A stretch of DNA of 64,000 nucleotides from Eledone cirrhosa (taxonomy: Eukaryota): positions 558,001 through 622,000 of the forward strand of contig OZ024760.1 in assembly GCA_964016885.1 (NCBI GenBank), in the 5' to 3' direction. The translations under genes and the position numbers were made by a program. The notes beneath the pieces are model-generated. The model was given only the letters and a program-made list of their open reading frames with translations. It was not told the origin of the DNA and made no database searches. Positions 53,504 through 64,000 of this stretch are shown here, piece by piece (the stretch's first letter is position 1; each line of letters begins with the position of its first letter).

Positions 53504-53962
53504 CTTTGCTGTTAAATTAATATTTTTAAAATACAGTTATATTTTTCAACTAGGACTGGATCTACTGGATAAATGGTTCGGTCTTGTAGCTTTGCCGTTG
53601 GTCCTTCTACAGCTGTTGGCTCAGTCTACTTAGCTGTTAAATGAATTTTTTTTAATAGAGTTATATTTTTTAACAGTCTACCATCGTAATCCGTTTATTT
53701 TGTTGGGTATGTAAGTATAATAAATGAGTCTTTGATTAGTCTACGGTTGTATGTGTGTGTGTGTGCGCGCGTGCGTGTGTACAGACGCACACACACACAC
53801 ACACATGTATATATGTATATTTATATATATGCTTATACATACAGTACACACACATACACACACACACACATATTGATAGATGGATATATATATATATTTA
53901 CAAATATGTATATACACGCACATTGATATATGGATATGTGTTTATACATATATATATTTATA

Positions 53963-53997
<35 letters not shown>

Positions 53998-54000
53998 GTA

Positions 54001-54033
<33 letters not shown>

Positions 54034-54851
54034 TGATAAGATGTATGTGTCTGCTGTACAAATTAGTTAAATAATGTAATCTAATTCTCGTGCCAACATC
54101 CGTGAGATTAATTTGAATGTGCAAATTCTCCTCCTGGTTTATGTTTTGACACCAGCCATTGAAGATAAATTTGGGAAATAATGAAGGAGGCTGAGTGGGG
54201 GCGGGGAGATGGTGGTGTCACTGAGCATGTGCGAAAGACAGAGAGGGGGTGTGTTTGTGTGCGAGTGTGTGTGTGAGAGAAAGAGAGAGGGGGAGTGACT
54301 GAGCATGTGAGAAAGACAGAGAGAAGGTGTGTGTGTGATTGCATGTATGTGTGTGTACGAGTAAGCGAGAAAGAGAGAGAGAGAGAGAGTGAGAGAGAGA
54401 GAGAGAGGAGGAGGAGGAGGAGAGAGAGAGAGAGAGGAGGAGTGCGAGAGAGGAGCAGAGAGAGAATGAATGAGCACGTGGGAAGGACAGAGAGAGGGTG
54501 TGTATGTGTGTGTACGAGTGATAGAGAAAGAGAGAGAGAGAGAGAGGGGAGGAGAGAGAGAGGAAGTGACTGAGCATGTGAAAAAGACAGAGAGAAGGTG
54601 TGTTTGTGTGTGTGTACGAGTGAGAGAGGGAGGGGAGGAGGAATAGAGAGAGAGTGACTGAGGATATGAGAAAAAGAGAGAGAGTGTGTGTGTACGAGTG
54701 AGTGAGAAAGAGAGCGAGGGGGGTGGAGGAGAGAGAGAGCGAATGAGCACGTGAGTAGGACAGAGAGAGGGGTGTGTGTGTGTGTAATTGCGTGTATGAG
54801 AGAGTGAGAGAGAGAGAGAGAGAGACGCCAACATATTTTCTATCAACCAGA

Positions 54852-54962
54852 AAAATCCCGCCGAGGTTAACTTTGCCTTTCATCCTTACGGGGTCGATAA
54901 AATAAAGTACCAGTAATACACTGGAATAATTGCTGGCCTTGTGCCAAAATAAGAAACAATTA
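54852..54962 (+). mobile_element. Meta-like SINE 3' part (other partial copies ~4240-4375, 21020-21115, 55970-56040, 57636-57795)
   Basis: Family sequence. Confidence 0.75.
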
Positions 54963-55257
54963 TTTACAGATTGAGATCAACAGATGTATTAATAATATCA
55001 ATAATATATACATTGTTGACAGATGTCACTTAAAACATTGAAAATGAAAAGAAAAAACAATTAATATTTGAACGAAACACATTTAAAATCCAATATTTCA
55101 GAATTAAATTTTTTTTGGCGGGGAAATTTCCAAATAGAAAAAAAATGAAAATGTTATTTTTTATATAAAACCTGCCAAATGCAATAACCCTGTAATATTA
55201 TTATTCAATTTCATGAAAATTTCGTCAGCTGAAATACACATAAGTTAATCATTAATG

Positions 55258-55314
<57 letters not shown>

Positions 55315-55390
55315 CATTCGCACCGTTTCCTTTCGCTATATGTCTCTCCACCACTCCCCTACACACCCTTTGAACTCTGTTCCCACACAC

Positions 55391-55428
55391 TTCCCACCTG
55401 AGGAAGGGCTTATGCCCGAAACGTCGTC
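55391..55428 (+). ncRNA. Degenerate minimal hammerhead core
   Basis: CTGAGGA-a-gggc/ttat/gccc-GAAA-CG-TC; stem I only about 2 bp. Confidence 0.45.
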
Positions 55429-55515
55429 CCCCACCAACACCCCACTCTCCAGAGCGTGAAATTAATAAACATTTGTTGTACTGCCTCTCTGTTTTGTCCC
55501 TGTTCAAATTTTTCC

Positions 55516-55573
<58 letters not shown>

Positions 55574-56393
55574 TCATATGTACACACATATATGTGTGTA
55601 TATATATATAACGAAAGAAGTGTGTTAAGGAACCGGGAAGACCATAACGCACCGGAGTCCTCGATACTTAGGGTAGTAGAGTGGGTAATAGGAAAAGAAT
55701 CAGTGCCCCGACGGCTGAGCTCCAGCCGTTTCGACAGCTAGGTCTGAACTCAGACCTAGCTGTCGAAACAGCCGGAGCTCAGCCGTCGGGGTCCTGACGC
55801 TTTTCATATATATATATATATGAGAGGAGGGGCTGTGTGGTTACTGATAACAGGTGTTAGAAGGTAAGGAGACACAAACAAGAGGTGGACAGTCTCCCTT
55901 CGTCGGATGTTTCGGCGCATTATTAACTAACATATACGCACACATATATAGGCATCATTATTTTTGATTTTCGATAAAATAAAGTACCAGTAATGCACTG
56001 GGTAATTGCCGGCCTTGTGCCTAAAGTAGAAACAATTATTTTTGATTATATTATTTGTATTGTTGCTGTTTTTGTTAAGTAAAATATACGGAATCGGTTG
56101 AGAACCAGAAAAATGTCTGCTTTTTTAAAAACTTTTTCCGTTCAAATCTACTTCGCATCTGGAATTTCTGATCTTTCCGCCCGTTATTTAGAGGCGTATT
56201 TTGTCTGGCATTTCTCATATACAACTTTGATTAACGTAGTTTACAGGTTCCGTCTTTGCATCCCTGACGAGCTGTTGGCATTCAGAAACGTCGTCGTTTC
56301 ATTTGACAATGCGTTGTCTGGAAAGTAAAATATCAAAGGCGATTCAACAATAAACAGACACACACACACATAGATACCCCCCCCCCCACAACA

Positions 56394-56435
<42 letters not shown>

Positions 56436-56476
56436 ATGATAATGGAGCTGCGGCGCTGCAAATGGGTTACATATGA

Positions 56477-56928
56477 AAAAGTTTGTCCTCATCAGTGGCC
56501 ATCCAACCGTCGTAGGCATTTCGTCGCATTAAAGGCCATATACCTCAGGTTGGTGCGAGCAGCGGCTAAAAAAAAGTCGTTGGGACACGTAAATAAAGGG
56601 GACGCTAGGGTAAACAAACAAAATGGTTTAAGCAGCAGAAAGTGATGAAGAAGGAAACAAGTCCCAGATTTCTATGAATATAAATTCGGTGGAATCGTGA
56701 ACGAGAGAATAAAGACCATCAAACCTGGTTGAAATGTGAGCAAGGAAGGAATTTCGCACAGGTCTAACGGGAGGAAGAAGGGGTCTGGTCTGCGAATTCG
56801 GTAAACATAAGTTCTGTGAAGTCGCAGACGAGAGAGAGAGAAAAAAAATTCATAACCTGAGGTATATGGCCTTTAATGCGACGAAATGCCTACGACGGTT
56901 GGATGGCCACTGATGAGGACAAACTTTT
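56477..56928. repeat. Element bounded by perfect 75-bp inverted repeats
   Basis: 56477-56551 is the reverse complement of 56854-56928. Confidence 0.85.
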
Positions 56929-57387
56929 ATATATATAGCAATTTTTTATATTAATTAAAATTATTAAATGAGAAAAATTCTGGGAGTATAAAAAAAAAAT
57001 CTATCTAACTTCGCTTATATATCGATCTCCCTACCACGGTTGGTATGTGGAAGAATTAATATTGGAACCACCAGTAATTGAAGAATTCGCCACACTCAGG
57101 AGGTCATTGTGGTTTAGGTCTTTAAACTTATATATATATGTATATATGGCTCTGACAGTTGGCAGGTGAACAGTAAACTGTACTGATAAAGGGTAATCAC
57201 CCAGAAGCATTAATGTCTGCAGTTCTGTTTGCATGCCAACACAAGAGCAAGAATGAGGGGCTCATTCTACTGGCATGGCTTAAAATAGGCTGTTTGCATA
57301 ATTGTAAACGAATCGAATATTATTATCAATATTCGAAAAACTCAGATTACATTTATTGTATTCAGCCATGTAGAGGATAACTATTTG

Positions 57388-57439
<52 letters not shown>

Positions 57440-57443
<4 letters not shown>

Positions 57444-57568
57444 GTAGTAACACAACAGTTAATTCACCGTAGCGGGAACAATGTTTCACCTTGCGGATCT
57501 TAAGTCTTAAGCTCAGTGAAACATTTGTTCTCGGTGTGGTAAACTAACTGTTATGGAACTACTTCTAC
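57440..57568. repeat. Decayed fold-back relative of the 32.0-kb hammerhead element
   Basis: gaagtagtaacacaacagttaattcacc..gaacaatgtttcaccttgcggatc with an inverted arm. Confidence 0.6.
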
Positions 57569-57967
57569 CAAACTCGTCCCATGGACTGATTGCTCTACTA
57601 CTGTGGATATAGCCCACCAGTTTTCTACTATTATATAGTTTCTACTTTTGGCACAAGGCCAGCGATTACCCCAGTGCATCACTGCTACATTATGTTATCG
57701 ACCTCGTAAGGATGAAAGGCAAAGTTAACTCAAAACGCAAAGGGTCATTACTATGCTGCAAAGCATAGTGTCTGACGCTCTACCGATCCTGCCCAAATCG
57801 TAGTTAAGTCTGATTAGACCATAACTCATATTAGTGCTCCATACTCAAGGAACATAGAGTGTAGGTATGATTGTAAGATAAATTATTCCACTGTAAAACT
57901 GAAAATATTACGATGGTAAAATTAACGTCTTGCCATCCGTTTAAGCTTAACCGTCGGGCATTCTATT

Positions 57968-58093
<126 letters not shown>

Positions 58094-58094
58094 T

Positions 58095-58125
<31 letters not shown>

Positions 58126-58219
58126 ATATATATGCATATTTATATTTTAAATTCGTGTCGGAAGATGTGTTGCAGATTGATAATATAATCCAGAAGTGGT
58201 AAGGAGATCTTTGTGTGTC

Positions 58220-58326
<107 letters not shown>

Positions 58327-58427
58327 CTGTAATGTGTGAGTTCTCTCTGGCGAAATCACTGTTTATGTCATCCATCACATTCACACACTCCCGCACATAC
58401 ACAGAGGCACACACACGTGTGTGTGTA

Positions 58428-58473
<46 letters not shown>

Positions 58474-58498
58474 TATACATATATATAATGTATATATG

Positions 58499-58579
<81 letters not shown>

Positions 58580-58597
58580 GTATATATGTAAGTTTTA

Positions 58598-58628
<31 letters not shown>

Positions 58629-58995
58629 ATGTATGTATATATATATGTGTGTGTATATAAGTATTTGTGTGTGAATGTATAGAGAATTAATGATATAACT
58701 TCCACCAAAGTATTAGAAGAAGAGGAAGGAGGAGGAGCGGCGAAGGAAAATATTTTAGCTTCCGATGAGAGATGTGTCTTACAGATGTTAATAAGCTTGT
58801 AGACTTTGTGTGTGTATATTTATATTGGTAGGTGTATGTGTATATATGTATGTACGTATGTATATATATATATGCATACATATATATATATATATATAGA
58901 TGCATACACATATATATATATAAATATATATATGTATATTAATATATATATTAATATATATACATGCATACATATATATATATATAAATATATAT

Positions 58996-59059
<64 letters not shown>

Positions 59060-59074
59060 ATATATAAACACACC

Positions 59075-59163
<89 letters not shown>

Positions 59164-59564
59164 GCACATACACACACACATACACTTGTACATACGCTGA
59201 AACACATTCACCCAGGCTCCCACAGACACACGTGGTGCTACGCCGAATGGAAACCAGTGTTGTATATTCAAATGTTTAAAATAAACAGGATGTGGTCGGA
59301 AAAGTCAGTGGAATACGTTAAATTTGCTTCGGCTTGGATCTTGAAGATAATTCTCCGGTTATGTCCCCTGAGACGCCAGATGTCAGCATTTTTTGCAATA
59401 GGTTCAAAGCCAAATATCATTGCCTGTTACGTCTGCGCTTGAATCGACCTGTTGTTGTTCGCCAGCTGAGGAGATGACGAGCTTCTATTTTGATTTGCAA
59501 ATTATGACTGGCGACTGACATTTCGCAATAAACATCAGAATGAGCTCGACGGATGCATGTATAC

Positions 59565-59856
<292 letters not shown>

Positions 59857-60025
59857 ATATACAAATATATAAGCTCATAGATACATATATACATACATGC
59901 ATTCATTCATACACATACACATACATGCATGAACTCATACATACATACATTCTTGCATACATAAATACGTACATACATACATATATATATATAAATTACA
60001 TATATATAAATATGAGATATATGTA

Positions 60026-60072
<47 letters not shown>

Positions 60073-60293
60073 ATATATATATATTCATATATATATATAT
60101 ATTCATACATATATATATTATATATATATTTATATTTTTATTACACACACACACACACACGTATGTATGTGTGCGTGTATGTATGCTGACAAACATATAT
60201 ACTTACATACATTCATGCATGTATAAATACATATATCTATCTATCTATCTCTCATATATATCTTTATATATATATAAATATATATATATTTAA

Positions 60294-60379
<86 letters not shown>

Positions 60380-60682
60380 CATATATGTATGTATATATAT
60401 ATAATTTATTACACATATATTTATTTAGGTATGTGTGAGTATGCATACATACATACATACACACACACATACATACATACATACTTACATACATACAAAC
60501 ATACACACACACATACATACATACTTACATACATACATACACACATACATACATACTTACATACACACATATAATTTTATATAAATCAATTTCAAAGATC
60601 AAATGTACCAATATTCAATGTGTGATATGTGGGGATTCTGCATAAATTGCATATCTTACATTGAGTTGTAACACACATGCCT

Positions 60683-60789
<107 letters not shown>

Positions 60790-61100
60790 CATATGTCCAT
60801 AGACACATACATTTGTACACATGCATGCATATATATATATACATATATATATATTTATATGTGTGTGTGTGTACATACCATATATATATATGTGTGTGTG
60901 TATATATATATATTTTTATAATTTATATACATATATATATATATATTTATATATATATATATATAAATTATAAAAATATATATATACACACACACACATA
61001 TATATATATATATTTATATATATATATATATGTGTGTGTGTGTATATATATATTTATATATATATATTTTTATATATATATGTATATATATATATCAATA

Positions 61101-61145
<45 letters not shown>

Positions 61146-61431
61146 TTACACAATTTCATGACTGCCGACTGACATTTCTACATTAGACAGCAACATAAGT
61201 TTGACGGATGCTGGAAGATCTTTCGGGAGTTTGTTGATCCTGAGCTATCATTGACAATATGTCTGCCGTGATGATCGTCTGCCCTCTCTCATTACTCTCC
61301 CTCAATTTGCATTGCTAAACAAAGCGGATTATATCCGGTTTTGATTCTTCATTCGCTGTCAATCGTTTCCCCCTTGTCGCAACTTGTTCGTTGAAAAGAT
61401 ACTGATTTTATTCAATTCTCCGAAACCCAGT

Positions 61432-62510
61432 TCAATTTCTTTAAATATAAGCGTCAGAGAATGGGTTTCGTTTCTTGTTATAAGTTACTAAGAAGAGATA
61501 GGAAGAAAGACAGTCCTGATGTCCTTTATAAAAGCCCATCTGATGCCTATTTAACTTCTTTAAATATAAGCGTCAGAGAATGGGTTTCGTGACATGTTAT
61601 AAGTTACTAAGAAGAGACAGGAAGAAAGACAGTCCTGATGTCCTTTATAAAAGCCCATCTGATGCCTATTTAATTTCTTTAAATATAAGCGTTAGAGAAT
61701 GGGTTTCGTGTCTTGTTATAAGTTACTAAGAAGAGACAGGAAGAAAGACAGTCCTGATGTCCTTTATAAAAGCCCATCTGATGCCTATTTAATTTCTTTA
61801 AATATAAGCGTCAGAGAATGGGTTTCGTGTCTTGTTATAAGTTACTAAGAAGAGACAGGAAGAAAGACAGTCCTGATGTCCTTTATAAAAGCCCATCTGA
61901 TGCCTATTTAACTTCTTTAAATATAAGCGTCAGAGAATGGGTTTCGTGACATGTTATAAGTTACTAAGAAGAGACAGGAAGAAAGACAGTCCTGATGTCC
62001 TTTATAAAAGCCCATCTGATGCCTATTTAATTTCTTTAAATATAAGCGTCAGAGAATGGGTTTCGTGTCTTGTTATAAGTTACTAAGAAGAGACAGGAAG
62101 AAAGACAATCCTGATGTCCTTTATAAAAGCCCATCTGATGCCTATTTAATTTCTTTAAATATAAGCGTCAGATAGTGGGTTTTGTTTCTTTTAATAACTT
62201 ACTGAGAAGAGATAGGAGCAAGGTTGTCCTTGTGTCTATTTTAAAAGCCTGTCGGATGGGGAAATTACAGTGCCCAGTTTAATTTCTTTAAATATAAGCG
62301 TCATAGAGTGGGTCTCATTTCTTTTAATAACTTACTAAGAAGAGACAAGAGCAAAGACAACCCTCGAGTCCTTTTTAAAGGCCTGTCTGTTGCTCAGTTC
62401 AATTTCTTTACATATAAACGTCAGTGAGTGGATTTAGTTTCTTCTCAAAACTTACTCAGAAGAGACAGGAGCAAAGACAGTCCTCAAGTCCCTTTTAAAA
62501 GCTTGTTTGA
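61432..62510. repeat. 119-bp tandem satellite: 6 homogeneous units plus 3 diverged units
   Basis: Unit ttctttaaatataagcgtcagagaatgggtttcg..aagcccatctgatgcctatttaa at 119-bp spacing. Confidence 0.92.
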
Positions 62511-62746
62511 TTGGTGGGGAAAATGACTGTGCCCACGTCCCTTTAAAGGCCCTTCGTTACTCACGAAATGAATGGAGGCATCTATAGACTTTTTAAGGAT
62601 CTGTGTGACTGTGAAACTGACTGGTAGGATTAACGAATTTTTAAGTACCTCTGTGACTGGGGAGAGGAATAAAGCTTACTTCTGTTATTTCGATTTTTTT
62701 ATATGTTCAGTGCTGAAGGTTGGTGTTGTTTTCTCAAAGCAGCGGT

Positions 62747-62791
<45 letters not shown>

Positions 62792-62896
62792 GAAAAGAGT
62801 CAGGACCCCGACGGCTGAGATGCTATTACCACTCTACTACACTAAGTATCGAGTACTCTGGTGCGTTATGGTCCACCTGGTTTCTTACCTCACTTT

Positions 62897-63703
<807 letters not shown>

Positions 63704-63812
63704 CTTCTGCGTTTCACAGATTGATTTTTTTAGTTTCAGAAGATCCCGTTAAGGTTGAAAGCAGCGATTCTTTGCTTAAACTTTAATCTGTTATTTTAAT
63801 ATATATATATAT

Positions 63813-64000
63813 ATTGTTATATTTGGGGAGGGTCATATTTGCGTAATATTGCCAGAATTAATAACAGAACACACTCACTGTTTGGTTGGTTTTCGCTTCT
63901 CGCTGTCTTTTATATCTGCGATCTAACTTACTCGGTCCTCAATGTTGCCATTGACTGACCGGCGGTCAAAAAATAATACAGATACAATATAGACACAAAC
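63813..64000 (-). repeat. Third copy of the 12.8-13.4-kb palindrome arm (runs off the window)
   Basis: Near-identical to 12803-13000. Confidence 0.85.

Noticed and set aside
56264-56300. CTGACGA..GAAACGTC hammerhead-like string (similar weak hits at ~37846 and ~55222 minus)
   Set aside because: No convincing stem I or stem II pairing
61432-62510. CRISPR-like array or tandem retrozyme
   Set aside because: Whole units repeat with no unique spacers; CTGATG is not followed by A and no hammerhead fold fits

Overview
Extremely microsatellite-rich, AT-rich animal DNA; the repeat content resembles a cephalopod (octopus-like) genome, which is an inference. No host gene can be supported, and nearly all listed ORFs are translations of (TA)n, (CA)n, (TACA)n, (GGT/GTT)n or an ACACCACY satellite. 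The real coding content is retroelements. (1) A young Penelope-like element (RT + GIY-YIG) has a 1.4-kb inverted arm and an unannotated upstream ORF that appears joined to the RT frame by a U-UUU-UUA -1 frameshift site. (2) An intact full-length two-ORF L1/Tx1-clade LINE is embedded in (AAT)n. (3) A decayed R4/Dong-like restriction-like-endonuclease (REL) element sits in (TACA)n. (4) There are CRE, CR1, RTE, Tx1 and second-Penelope fragments, many tRNA-derived SINEs, and a 119-bp satellite. The non-coding signal is a set of about ten hammerhead ribozyme motifs from several distinct small non-coding families, usually next to (TA)n and often in fold-back form. One is a ~468-nt terminally redundant retrozyme-like unit with a complete three-stem hammerhead.
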